Positions 37,983-47,663 of a stretch of DNA of 64,000 bases are shown piece after piece. The DNA comes from a virus. Taxonomy: Duplodnaviria; Caudoviricetes. The stretch spans positions 1 to 64,000 of IMG/VR virus record IMGVR_UViG_3300022555_000045; one strand, given 5' to 3'. The notes beneath the pieces are model-generated. The model saw only the letters and a list, made by a program, of their open reading frames with translations, made no database searches and was not told the origin of the DNA. The position numbers were made by a program, and so were the translations under genes. The first letter of the stretch is position 1. Every line of letters begins with the position of its first letter.

Positions 37983-38945
37983 ATGGCTAGAAATAATCTC
38001 TCTCGAGGCACGGACGGTTTTTCACTAGCGAGAATGCGAGACGTAGTAACTGATTCTGTAGACAAGTTAACTACAGCTATGTCTAAACAAGGTGCTGTTT
38101 TTGACACAGACGCTTTTGAAAACGATCTACGTGCTCTCGTCCTTAAGTATTTTGGAAAACCAACAGCCTCATCCAGTTCAATCCCAGATCCCTACTTTTC
38201 TTCAGCCTCTGCTGTTGAATCAGCAACAGTACCGCCGCGCCCTAACTACAATTTAGCCGCTGATATCTTAATCTCTGCTCACCAGCTTTACGTTGACAAC
38301 AACGTTAAAGAAGCTATTCAGATGATGGCTAATGTTCTTGAAGCAGACGGTATTCAAGAACTGATATCTGCTCTTGAAGAGACCAATCTTAACACAGACG
38401 TATCGGTACTAGCGGCTCTTGCTGCTGACGAACAGCCTATTGCGGAAGTGTCGGACAGTCACTCAACTGAAGCTTCTTCTGACGATGCAGACGATTCAAC
38501 AACTGACGGCTCGGAAGACGACGAACCTCCAGTTGAAGAGCATGAACCTTCTGATGAAGATGATATTGACACTGGTTCTCTTAACGAAGAGGAAGGTGAA
38601 CCAGAAGTTTCTGATTTTGAAGACGAAGACGGAATTTCAGAAGCTGATATTCATACAGCCCCGGAGGTTTCTTCCGCTTCGTTAACCGATCCAGTTTCTG
38701 ACGAAGAAATGGACGATATCGTTTCTGAAGTTGCCGCTAAAGCAACCCAGTTCCGTACGAATAAAACTACTGCTAATACTACTCCTGCCGCTCAGCAGGC
38801 CAAACCAGCAGCTAAGCCGGTAACTGCCGCCGCTGCCCCTAAGCCTCTGTCTCGTGAAGAGCGTGCGTTCCTCAACAAGATTTCTTTGTCAGGGGACAAG
38901 CAGTATCGTACTATCGCTAAGTCAATGGAAACTGAGGCTGCTTAA
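37983..38945 (+). CDS. acidic probable head protein
   Basis: AAGGAG RBS; D/E-rich middle; several V-x-A motifs. Confidence 0.75.
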   Translation: MARNNLSRGTDGFSLARMRDVVTDSVDKLTTAMSKQGAVFDTDAFENDLRALVLKYFGKPTASSSSIPDPYFSSASAVESATVPPRPNYNLAADILISAHQLYVDNNVKEAIQMMANVLEADGIQELISALEETNLNTDVSVLAALAADEQPIAEVSDSHSTEASSDDADDSTTDGSEDDEPPVEEHEPSDEDDIDTGSLNEEEGEPEVSDFEDEDGISEADIHTAPEVSSASLTDPVSDEEMDDIVSEVAAKATQFRTNKTTANTTPAAQQAKPAAKPVTAAAAPKPLSREERAFLNKISLSGDKQYRTIAKSMETEAA

Positions 38946-38952
38946 CACTACT

Positions 38953-39036
38953 GGACAGGATGGTAAGTGGGTGAAATCACGGGACTGTAAATCCCTCGCT
39001 TCGGCTATGAATGTTCAAATCATTCCCTGTCCACCA
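38953..39036 (+). tRNA. tRNA-Tyr (GTA)
   Basis: Acceptor GGACAGG/CCTGTCC, A73, encoded CCA, anticodon loop CTGTAAA, long variable arm, T-arm GAATG-TTCAAAT-CATTC. Confidence 0.93.
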
Positions 39037-39065
39037 CGCCTAACAGTTAACAACAAAACACAATG

Positions 39066-39112
39066 AGAATAGGGGCGCTCAGAGGTTGATAGCCTCCAAG
39101 CGCCCCTATTCT
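39066..39112 (+). terminator. intrinsic terminator after the tRNA
   Basis: AGAATAGGGGCGCT / AGCGCCCCTATTCT followed by a T-rich tract. Confidence 0.8.
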
Positions 39113-39133
39113 TGTTTTCATTTTTGATTCAAT

Positions 39134-39144
39134 AACTTAATTTT
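39134..39144 (+). promoter_or_regulatory. AACTTAATTTT motif variant upstream of 39206
   Basis: Follows the terminator, oriented toward the next gene. Confidence 0.4.
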
Positions 39145-39205
39145 CCTTATAGCTAAGTAGTAAGAAATTTTTAGAAGTAACTTTCAAAAATGAGGAGCAT
39201 AAATT

Positions 39206-39580
39206 ATGTCAAGATCATGGCCTATCGTACCGTCACCTAATGATCCATATTTAGACGAGTATATCAAACGTTACAATCAACCCAAGTCCTATGATGTTAT
39301 GCCTAAAGTAGCGTTTGCCGATTACGACAAGATTCCACTAACTAACCCGATGCCGGGGAACGTCCGTAAAGTATTCACTACTAAGCTGTCTAGGATTGAA
39401 CAACAGGTTAACAAAGACGTTAATAACCTTAAAGCCTTCTGCCGTATTTGTAACTGTGAATTACCTAGCCACGAGTTTTATACTGACCATTACCGTTGGC
39501 CTGACCTGATGAAACATGCTATCCTAGAACACGGTTGTACACCAGATCAAGACTTCTTACGGTATATTATTCGACTTTAG
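39206..39580 (+). CDS. hypothetical protein
   Basis: 124 aa, GAGGAG RBS, CxxC plus His residues. Confidence 0.7.
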   Translation: MSRSWPIVPSPNDPYLDEYIKRYNQPKSYDVMPKVAFADYDKIPLTNPMPGNVRKVFTTKLSRIEQQVNKDVNNLKAFCRICNCELPSHEFYTDHYRWPDLMKHAILEHGCTPDQDFLRYIIRL

Positions 39581-39612
39581 GCATTTTGGGCGTAAAACTA
39601 AGGAGTAACTCA

Positions 39613-40107
39613 ATGTCAAAACTTGCTAGAGTTAATGACTATAATGACTATAATGACGTTGACATTACTTCAAAGCTAGTGGCTAATGAGAACACAGACT
39701 TTTCATATGTCCCTCCAGAGCTTTTAGACCAAGTAGTAGAGTGCGTTAGGGCTCTTCTCCTCTTAGAGAAAGAACGGAATATTACTGTTGAAGACATTAA
39801 CAGAATTTTTGAACCTATTACCTATCATATCTCTGGGGAAGTATTTGTTAAGATAGTAGCAGTACCTTACTCTCAGTATACTGGTAAGTTTAACAAGATT
39901 TTCTTTCACACTTTTATCTTAACTAGGCGAATGGTAACTAGATCAGTAGATTGGAGTAAAATTTGTAATCATATAATGGGTTTTAACCAATATATTATGC
40001 AGGCATTAGAACTTACTGATGCGGTTAGCACTATAGCTACTAAAGTAGAACAATTTTTGTTTGATAGTCAAGTTGGAGACAGACCGTGGCAACTAATTCA
40101 GCGTTAA
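39613..40107 (+). CDS. hypothetical protein
   Basis: Start moved to the ATG at 39613 behind AAGGAG. Confidence 0.7.
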   Translation: MSKLARVNDYNDYNDVDITSKLVANENTDFSYVPPELLDQVVECVRALLLLEKERNITVEDINRIFEPITYHISGEVFVKIVAVPYSQYTGKFNKIFFHTFILTRRMVTRSVDWSKICNHIMGFNQYIMQALELTDAVSTIATKVEQFLFDSQVGDRPWQLIQR

Positions 40108-40949
40108 GAATAAACACTTACTTTAAAGTGTCAGGGCACGTCGTTTTAGCTATGAACGTTAAGTTGAATGATATCTCTGTGTTAAATAAGATAATGACTG
40201 AGATTACAGCTAATGGCCCTTTAAGAAATTCTAATGATAGTTTTAAAGAGTTTAAGCATCCTTCCAGTTCCGTGATTATTATACTTTATGCCTACTTTGA
40301 TCCTAACGCCTCTCCCACTCTTGGAGAGTATAACTATAAGACTAAAACTATCGAATTAGGATATAATAACGTATTTCCTTGGATTGAAGCCCAAAAGCAT
40401 ATTTATAGCCGGTTATGTCACGAGTACCTTCATTACTTGCAACACGTCTCTGATGACTCTTCGTCTAAAGCTAATATAAAATTAAGTGAGGTTAATAAGG
40501 TTTTAGATGATTATGCTAAGATATTAGAAGCACGTAATAATATGCTAAAAATGAAAGAGGCTGGTGTACCTCCTATGACTGAAGCTATGAATAAGAGGTT
40601 AGAGTTATTAGAGAAAGTTATAAAGAATAAGACTCCTCAATATATAGCAAAATACGCTAGGTATTTCTATCATACATTAGAGACCTGTTCCCACGCGGGA
40701 CAAGCAATTGCTGAACTGCTATATCCGCAGACTAAAGATAATCTGTTGGATATGACTATGATACACCAAGCTTGTCAAGACCTATTGAATGATAGGCAAC
40801 TAAATTCTAAACTTAAAGGTACGCATACCTGGGATTTCATAAAAACTCATACGCCAGACACTGTTCATGATGAATATTTTAAATGGTTAGCTAAAGAAGC
40901 TCGTCGTTTATTAGCTACTATTGTTAAAAGCTTTGTTAAGACGAATTAG
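40086..40949 (+). CDS. putative zincin metallopeptidase, probable virion protein
   Basis: LCHEYLHYLQH (HExxH) plus downstream ETCSHAGQ. Confidence 0.65.
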   Translation: MATNSALRINTYFKVSGHVVLAMNVKLNDISVLNKIMTEITANGPLRNSNDSFKEFKHPSSSVIIILYAYFDPNASPTLGEYNYKTKTIELGYNNVFPWIEAQKHIYSRLCHEYLHYLQHVSDDSSSKANIKLSEVNKVLDDYAKILEARNNMLKMKEAGVPPMTEAMNKRLELLEKVIKNKTPQYIAKYARYFYHTLETCSHAGQAIAELLYPQTKDNLLDMTMIHQACQDLLNDRQLNSKLKGTHTWDFIKTHTPDTVHDEYFKWLAKEARRLLATIVKSFVKTN

Positions 40950-40991
40950 ATACGGTATTCTTTTTAACTAGGTGTTTTATGGGACGTTACC

Positions 40992-41219
40992 ATGAAACTA
41001 AGCGAAATTCAAGCTGATCCAGAAGAGTTTTTACGACGCTTGCGTGAATCCTACGAGTCTCATAGTACTACTCTGACTAAAGCTGATATTGAAGACTTTG
41101 TGTGTCTGAAGAAGTTGCTTTGTGGGTTGAACAGACCAAAACTGGAACCCGTCCTAAATTGGAAATTGATTGGTTGGACTTGTACAACGCAGCTGCTGAC
41201 TTTGACTAACCTTCCCTAA
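40992..41219 (+). CDS. hypothetical protein
   Basis: 75-aa ORF. Confidence 0.5.
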   Translation: MKLSEIQADPEEFLRRLRESYESHSTTLTKADIEDFVCLKKLLCGLNRPKLEPVLNWKLIGWTCTTQLLTLTNLP

Positions 41220-41261
41220 AGGTACGTAAGTCTATTTTCTTCGAAAGAGGGTGCCTAACCC

Positions 41262-41957
41262 ATGCACAACAAGATACCAGATTTTACAGATATATACCAA
41301 GCGTCGTTGTTCGGTGCGGCTAAGCAATTTGAGTATTTCTTTGATACTGAACCTACTCGGGTTGTGTCGGTAGCTAATAACTGGCACATGCGGGAAATGG
41401 TTAAGAAGTATAAAGAAATGGAGTATCCGTATTTTGCGGTGCAACGGACGGCTGTAGCTGTTCAAGACGGTGGATTGGCTGCTAAGAATACTAGACGAAC
41501 CGGAATTCGTGGTGGACGTACTTCAGGTTTCTATGATTCTTACGTTTATAATATTTTCCCGGTGCAGGTTACGTTACGTGTATTGTTTGTTTGTCAGACT
41601 GAAGCCGACCGTATGGCTTTTGAGCAACAATGGATGTATATAGCAGTAGGAGGAGATTTGAAATTCTATCTTGATACTACTGACAGTTCCTTTAAAGCAC
41701 CGATTAACATGGTTATGGATAAAAATCTAACATTACCAGACTTTGAAAATGATGATATAGGTGAACAATTCACAATTGAAACCTCTGTACAATTAAACAC
41801 GTACCTAGGGAAAATCAAAGTTATCAAAGCAGTTGTTACTCCAGCAGGTACTTTTGAAACTCAGAATGCTAACGGCGATTTCGTTACCGACACTCCACTA
41901 AACTTGAAAAAGGGTACTACGACTAATAAAGCTAAACCTGATGTTGAATATCTGTAA
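41262..41957 (+). CDS. probable neck / tail-completion protein
   Basis: YPYFAV.R...PVQVTLRVLF pattern; lies between head and sheath genes. Confidence 0.55.
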   Translation: MHNKIPDFTDIYQASLFGAAKQFEYFFDTEPTRVVSVANNWHMREMVKKYKEMEYPYFAVQRTAVAVQDGGLAAKNTRRTGIRGGRTSGFYDSYVYNIFPVQVTLRVLFVCQTEADRMAFEQQWMYIAVGGDLKFYLDTTDSSFKAPINMVMDKNLTLPDFENDDIGEQFTIETSVQLNTYLGKIKVIKAVVTPAGTFETQNANGDFVTDTPLNLKKGTTTNKAKPDVEYL

Positions 41958-41983
41958 CACCGTAACCACGTGAGGGTGAAATT

Positions 41984-42364
41984 GTGACTAATCTAGCAGA
42001 CACTCCGTCTACAATTATTACGTTAGTAGCAGACGGTAACTTGTATCAGGTTACCCCTAATTCTACGATAAACATCCATAAATATAGAGCATCTATTATG
42101 CTAGATCAGAACGGGATTTCCTCTATTGTGAAAATAATGAATCCTTCTAGTGTAATTACAATCAATGAAGTTTCTAATTTGGTTCATGTTTATACAACTG
42201 GTACACTATCAGCCGTGTTCTCAAGTCTCAACCCTATAACTTCAATGGCTGAAGAGCATACGGTTAACATTAGTAGTTTGTTCATGGCTACAGCCGCCTA
42301 TACGTCTATAGTGCTAACCAACACTAACACTGTCCAGGTAGCCGTCAGGATTTACTACTCTTAG
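41984..42364 (+). CDS. hypothetical beta-rich structural protein
   Basis: GAGGG RBS, GTG start. Confidence 0.65.
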   Translation: MTNLADTPSTIITLVADGNLYQVTPNSTINIHKYRASIMLDQNGISSIVKIMNPSSVITINEVSNLVHVYTTGTLSAVFSSLNPITSMAEEHTVNISSLFMATAAYTSIVLTNTNTVQVAVRIYYS

Positions 42365-42562
42365 TAGCGTTACCTAAGTAATCCTACTCGTAAAGACCTA
42401 TCTGGCGTAGTCTTGAACTCCGTTACTAAAGTTCTACAAGTTAGTTGTAAAAAGTTTAATCAAACTTGGGTTGTTACATACATTATATTGGTTAGTTTTT
42501 ACCTAAAAGCTCTGGTTATACCTATGTTAACAGGGTATCCTTGCCGAGTAGTTTCTGGTAAA

Positions 42563-42573
42563 AACTTAATTTT
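42563..42573 (+). promoter_or_regulatory. AACTTAATTTT motif variant upstream of 42616
   Basis: About 42 nt before the ATG. Confidence 0.4.
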
Positions 42574-42615
42574 AATCAAGACATTCAGAATGCTAAATAT
42601 AAAGGACCTTAGCAA

Positions 42616-42921
42616 ATGCTCGTATTAAAAAATATCTCTAAATTTTCGGTTGTAGTTCATTCAGCAGACGGAGATGCAATAATCATTCCACCGAAAGCAG
42701 CAGTTGCTACGGATGATAAATTTCTTTGGCAGCTTGATGACACCCAAGTTCGTATTGTAAAGCGTACAGACGACGGTACCCATCACCGAGTAGCTGTACC
42801 TAATCCTGTGTCTATTCCGTTACCCACTCCTGCACCAGTACTAGACAAGCTGAAAAACTCTCACGCTTCTCACACAGCTAATTCAGAGTTTAATTCTGCT
42901 AATCCTAAAGGTGTGCAGTAA
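42616..42921 (+). CDS. hypothetical protein
   Basis: 101 aa, AAGGA RBS. Confidence 0.7.
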   Translation: MLVLKNISKFSVVVHSADGDAIIIPPKAAVATDDKFLWQLDDTQVRIVKRTDDGTHHRVAVPNPVSIPLPTPAPVLDKLKNSHASHTANSEFNSANPKGVQ

Positions 42922-45050
42922 CTGTTTACAGGTGCTTCTCGGCGTAGGCTCTCAACATAGTCCATAGCTTTGTCAATTAGATCATTGTTATCTTTAAAGT
43001 GACCAATACTGTGGTTGCAGGATTGACATAGTAAACCACGAATCAAACCAGTCTCGTGACAGTGATCTACCACTAACCTTTCACTGTCACCACAGATTGC
43101 ACAGCACAGGTTGTCCTCAGTGAACGCTTCAATTAACCACTTTACTAGCATACGAGAGTGGTACACTGTAGTGTTAAACGGATAGCCTTGAATTGTATGT
43201 AATACTTCCCGGATTCCCAAACGTAGTAAATTCTTCTCTTTTAGGAAATTATTCGTTTGGTTGGCGAATAAAGAACGCGTAGCACCTTTCACCGGACGAT
43301 CTACTGTTAACCTATAAGCCACGTGGAATGGAGTAATCTCCAGCTTCTCGGCAATTTTGAAAATTAACTGGTCAGGACTTACATTTAATTTGTACTTGTC
43401 CCACAACCTGAGAATTGCAACTTTAGAACCACGCCAGTCTTCTGAGTCTACACGGTACTCTGTTAACTTAGGGGCAGGCGCTATATCAGCTAAGGCGTCA
43501 CGAGTAAAAGTCAAGTAATCAATTGCTCGTTGGAATTGTTCCCTATCTTCACCTAGTTTACCTAGACCAACATTGCAGTTGTTACAAATTAAACCTCTAA
43601 TTAGCCCGGTTTTGTGACAGTGGTCAATAGTTAAGTTAACCTCTGACCCAGACACCCCACACAGTTCACAACAATTACTAGCCGGGTCGTGAAGCTTACG
43701 GAACTTGTGTAAAGTGTAGATGAATTGAGAGTTTTTACTCTTGTCGTAAACCTGACCTTCCACTTTGGTTAAAAGCAACTTAACCATTTTTAGAATCTTA
43801 GGTGAGAAGTCTCGGTGTTTAACTATTAACGCTCCGACACGGTTACGATTGATTCCTAGCTTACGGGCAATGTACCTAGTGGACTTACCAGCGTCCCAGA
43901 AGTCTAAGATTTTCTTGTAGTCAGCCGGATTGGTACCGAACTGTTTTAACCTAGCTTCAATGTACGACTTACATTTACGAGGGTTGTACTGGACACCGTA
44001 CCGTTTCAGGGTAAAAATAATGGTCGATCCGTGAGTGTTGTACTTTTTAGCAATAGAGGGTATTGTGTAGTTTCCGGTTTTTAAGTCTTCAATCATTTGC
44101 CAAGCAGTTTCGTCATTGAAAGTGTAGTCAGTAGTTTGGCGTAAGGTAACCTTATGTTCTAGCAGCACACGACGTATATCCATGTAGAAGGTGTTAAACT
44201 TCCTAGCAACTTTGTCTATGTGTTCACCACTACGGTACAGTTTACAAATTTCTCTTTCTTGCTTGTTAGAGAAGTTCTTGGGTTCTAAGATTCTCATTGG
44301 GTTGGCAGTAGTCAGTCCTAATTTTGTACTGGATTTCCTATCCTCACCACGACGAACTTCTGTTAGGCAAGTAGGACAGATTAGTCCACGGATCAAACCT
44401 GTCGTGTGGGCATGATCAATGACTAAGTCATCAGTCTTTTTGTGGCAGAGGTAACAGGCACACTTGTTAGGAGCGTGAACTTCCTGATACTTGTGTAGGT
44501 CAGTAATGTACTCTCGGTTCTCTACATAGTCTAGCTCGGCTATTTTTAGTAGAGCATCGTTAACCATTACAGTTATACGGGGACACGGTTCACGTTTATC
44601 TACTATTAGTGCAGCCGTTCTCATTAACGGAGCTTTTACACTTTTCGCTATAGTGGTTACATTCTGACCTTTATCCCACATTTCTAAAGTAGGGTGTAGC
44701 GTAGTGTTACCTAAAGCTCTCACCTCACCTCTTGTACCGGCGTGACGGTGTTTGAACTCGTCTCTAGGAACATTGTGACGTTTCATAATTGAAATAAAAG
44801 TAGCGTACTCTATTCCGTACTTATTACATAAATCTGTTATATAGGCATTAGGCCCTAGGTTGTGATACTCTTCAATTAACTTCAACTCCTCGCCGTGTGA
44901 TAGTTTAAACGGTGACCTTTCTACAACGTCTATACCTTCATTGTGAAGAACTTCCCTAATGTAGTGTTGAGTAGTTCCGAAGTTCCTAGCAATGACTTGT
45001 AGGTACAGCTTCTCAACAGTGTAAGCATGAATTACTTCTAAAATGTCCAT
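42870..45050 (-). CDS. protein with three recombination-endonuclease-VII-like (HNH/Zn) domains and interspersed HTH repeats
   Basis: Three copies of C..C...L.(I/V)DH.H.TGLIRGL.C..C. Confidence 0.85.
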   Translation of the reverse strand: MDILEVIHAYTVEKLYLQVIARNFGTTQHYIREVLHNEGIDVVERSPFKLSHGEELKLIEEYHNLGPNAYITDLCNKYGIEYATFISIMKRHNVPRDEFKHRHAGTRGEVRALGNTTLHPTLEMWDKGQNVTTIAKSVKAPLMRTAALIVDKREPCPRITVMVNDALLKIAELDYVENREYITDLHKYQEVHAPNKCACYLCHKKTDDLVIDHAHTTGLIRGLICPTCLTEVRRGEDRKSSTKLGLTTANPMRILEPKNFSNKQEREICKLYRSGEHIDKVARKFNTFYMDIRRVLLEHKVTLRQTTDYTFNDETAWQMIEDLKTGNYTIPSIAKKYNTHGSTIIFTLKRYGVQYNPRKCKSYIEARLKQFGTNPADYKKILDFWDAGKSTRYIARKLGINRNRVGALIVKHRDFSPKILKMVKLLLTKVEGQVYDKSKNSQFIYTLHKFRKLHDPASNCCELCGVSGSEVNLTIDHCHKTGLIRGLICNNCNVGLGKLGEDREQFQRAIDYLTFTRDALADIAPAPKLTEYRVDSEDWRGSKVAILRLWDKYKLNVSPDQLIFKIAEKLEITPFHVAYRLTVDRPVKGATRSLFANQTNNFLKEKNLLRLGIREVLHTIQGYPFNTTVYHSRMLVKWLIEAFTEDNLCCAICGDSERLVVDHCHETGLIRGLLCQSCNHSIGHFKDNNDLIDKAMDYVESLRREAPVNSYCTPLGLAELNSELAV

Positions 45051-45362
45051 AGTAAAGACTCCTAAGTTTTAGTAGAACTACTAAATTCTAATCATAAGTA
45101 ATAGTAACACACTAAAGATTGAGAGTCAAGAAAAATCTTAAGAAAGTTTAAAATTCTTCAGATTCTATACCGTGCCGCTTGAGGGCAGTAAGTTCACATC
45201 ATAATACAATAAACATATTATTGATATTCTTAGTGATTTTGATCCGTTGATAACGATTTATGCTAAGAATACAGTGATTTGAGGATTTTAATATGAAAAT
45301 ACTATGTCGGTTTTATACGTAAAACAGCGTTTGACGCTCATTACATAGGAGTTGACCCCGCC

Positions 45363-47663
45363 ATGCCCACGTTTGCACTATCTCCTGGATCTTATCTTCG
45401 AGAAAATGATATATCTATACGTGTATCACCTATAGCTACTTCAATTTCTGCGCTAGTTTTAGCATCGGACAAGGGATCGTTAGATCTCTTTTTCAGCTCC
45501 AGTAATACTAATTTCCTAGCACAATACGGGAATCCAGATACTAAGCTAGGATTTGGTCATCATTCAGCACTAGCGTTCCTCACAGTAGGCACTAATCTGT
45601 GGTCTACTCGGGTGGTAAACGGTGCTCAGTGGGCTAATTTGACCTATGTCACAGATCGTGAAGGTCCGCTTAGCAAACATAATACCCCTATTCCGGGTAC
45701 CGTCGGGTTAACTAATGACTTCAATAACGGTGCTCCTGACGTTCAGGGTATCATTTTTGATGGTCCGTTTATCACCAATAACACAGTCAATGTTGAGGTT
45801 GTGGTAACTGGTGAAATTCACGGTCTTCCAGTAAACGCTGATCTTATTGCTTCAGTACCGTTTAACACTACTAGCGATCAGACTTTACTTGACTTAGCAA
45901 ATGCTATTCATAGCACTCTTAACTCTGTGGCAACAGGGGCTATTGTTAATGTTATGCCTGCTACAGTAGTTAATGGTTCTAACAATCGTATTGTTCGGTT
46001 ATTCTCTCCGTTAAATGTTCAAGTAGCCATCATTAACGTTGATGTTACCGGCGGTACCACTCAAGCTAACGGCTCTGTAGAAGACCTTAAGCTGTTTGAC
46101 GTTCTTGGTGTTGACCCTGGTTCGTGGGCTAATAATATCGGTGTGCAGATTGCGGCTATTGACAAAGGCATACCTCAGATATTACAGATTTCGTTTAGTA
46201 ATATGTTAATGGCGAATAACGTTGTTAACATGTCTATTAACGGTAACGCTCTGCCTACTGTTCCTTATAACTCCAATAACGATCAAACTCTAGATGATAT
46301 TGCTACAGCAATTGTTACTTACTTAGGTACAGGTAGCACTGCTGCTCCAGTGGTTATTGGTGGTGGTAACAATAATGATCGTCAGATTATTGTTACTGCT
46401 CCTGACGCAACCGCTGATATTATCATCAATAATGTTATCGTTAGCGGTGGTACTAACCAAGTATCTGCTACTATTACTCAAATTGTTGATAGAATTCCTC
46501 CTGATAATACCTTCCTGTTTAACGTTTATGATATTACTAAAAGTGTGGTCGCTCCTGTTGAACAGTTCACCGTTAGTTTGGCTATGCAGAATGACGGTTA
46601 CGGTGCTCAGCAGAATATTATGTACGCCGTTAACCAAGGACCTAATTCGTCTAAGTACATTAGGATTTATCAGCCTGAGTGGAGTCAAGACGTAATTCTT
46701 AAAAACACTCAGATTCAGATTACCCTTCTTACTTACGGTTATAATGGCCTAGCCCCAACGGCTAACAATTATATGGCTGGGTCTTCCATCAACGGCGCTA
46801 TTGTTAACGGTGGTTGGGCTCTGTTCTCTGACCGTGAAGCAGTTGACATTCGTATCCTTATTAACGGTGGTGTTACTATTCCAGCCGTTCAAAAGTATAT
46901 GACACAGTTGGCTCTCACTCGGCAAGACTGTATTGCTATTCTTGATATGCCTAGTAATTTCCAGTCGCCGCAGAAAGCTTTAAACTATCGTCGTAACACG
47001 CTTAACATCAACAGTTCCTACGCGGCTATCTATACTCCTGATCTTTATATTCAGGACACTTTCACCAATAGTCAATTCTACGTGCCACCTAGCGGGTACA
47101 TGGCTGCTATTTATGCTTATACTGATAAAAACGCAGCAACGTGGTTTGCTCCAGCCGGTCTGAATCGGGCTAATCTGAGCACACAAATCCTTGGGTTGCG
47201 GTTTACCTATAATCAAGGCGACCGTGATCTTATGTATCCTGCTCAAATTAACTTCATTCGCAACATGCCAGGTATCGGTTACCCTGTTTGGGCGGCAGTT
47301 ACTTTGCAGAGTGCAGCGTCAGCTTTGAGTAATATCAACGTACGTCGTTTGATGATCTATATGGAGATATCCATCCTCAATTACCTGATTTATGAAGTCT
47401 TCGAGCCGAACGACGATTTTACAAGACAGGCGATTGTGGACACGGTGACCCAGTTTGCTAACCCCATCATGCACAAGAGGGGATTGTTGGATTTCATGGT
47501 GGTTTCGGATAAAAGGAACAACAGCGCAAGTGACGAAGATCAGGGGATTCTGAACGTAGAATTCCTTGTAAAACCCACCATTCCGGCAGTCTTTTTACTC
47601 TTAACTTCGACAATTACCTCGACTAGTGCTTCTTTCTCAGAATTAGTGGTTTCAGGCGCTTAG
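45363..47663 (+). CDS. contractile tail sheath protein
   Basis: LSPGSYLREND start; WFAPAG.NR, INVRRLM, LDFMVVSD..NN C-terminal motifs. Confidence 0.92.
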   Translation: MPTFALSPGSYLRENDISIRVSPIATSISALVLASDKGSLDLFFSSSNTNFLAQYGNPDTKLGFGHHSALAFLTVGTNLWSTRVVNGAQWANLTYVTDREGPLSKHNTPIPGTVGLTNDFNNGAPDVQGIIFDGPFITNNTVNVEVVVTGEIHGLPVNADLIASVPFNTTSDQTLLDLANAIHSTLNSVATGAIVNVMPATVVNGSNNRIVRLFSPLNVQVAIINVDVTGGTTQANGSVEDLKLFDVLGVDPGSWANNIGVQIAAIDKGIPQILQISFSNMLMANNVVNMSINGNALPTVPYNSNNDQTLDDIATAIVTYLGTGSTAAPVVIGGGNNNDRQIIVTAPDATADIIINNVIVSGGTNQVSATITQIVDRIPPDNTFLFNVYDITKSVVAPVEQFTVSLAMQNDGYGAQQNIMYAVNQGPNSSKYIRIYQPEWSQDVILKNTQIQITLLTYGYNGLAPTANNYMAGSSINGAIVNGGWALFSDREAVDIRILINGGVTIPAVQKYMTQLALTRQDCIAILDMPSNFQSPQKALNYRRNTLNINSSYAAIYTPDLYIQDTFTNSQFYVPPSGYMAAIYAYTDKNAATWFAPAGLNRANLSTQILGLRFTYNQGDRDLMYPAQINFIRNMPGIGYPVWAAVTLQSAASALSNINVRRLMIYMEISILNYLIYEVFEPNDDFTRQAIVDTVTQFANPIMHKRGLLDFMVVSDKRNNSASDEDQGILNVEFLVKPTIPAVFLLLTSTITSTSASFSELVVSGA

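Noticed and set aside
38854-39066. ORF 38854..39066
   Set aside because: Overlaps the tRNA-Tyr and the end of 37983..38945.
39634-39660. Short AATGACTAT triplication (NDYNDYNDV)
   Set aside because: A small in-frame slippage duplication with no evident function.
42413-42628. ORF 42413..42628 (and similarly 367..636)
   Set aside because: No clear RBS; each spans an intergenic promoter-like motif; probably non-coding.
45053-45063. Treating the 11-nt guide match as a proven IscB target
   Set aside because: It includes the common SD core AGGAG, the TAM is unknown and the match is short. Kept only as a hypothesis.
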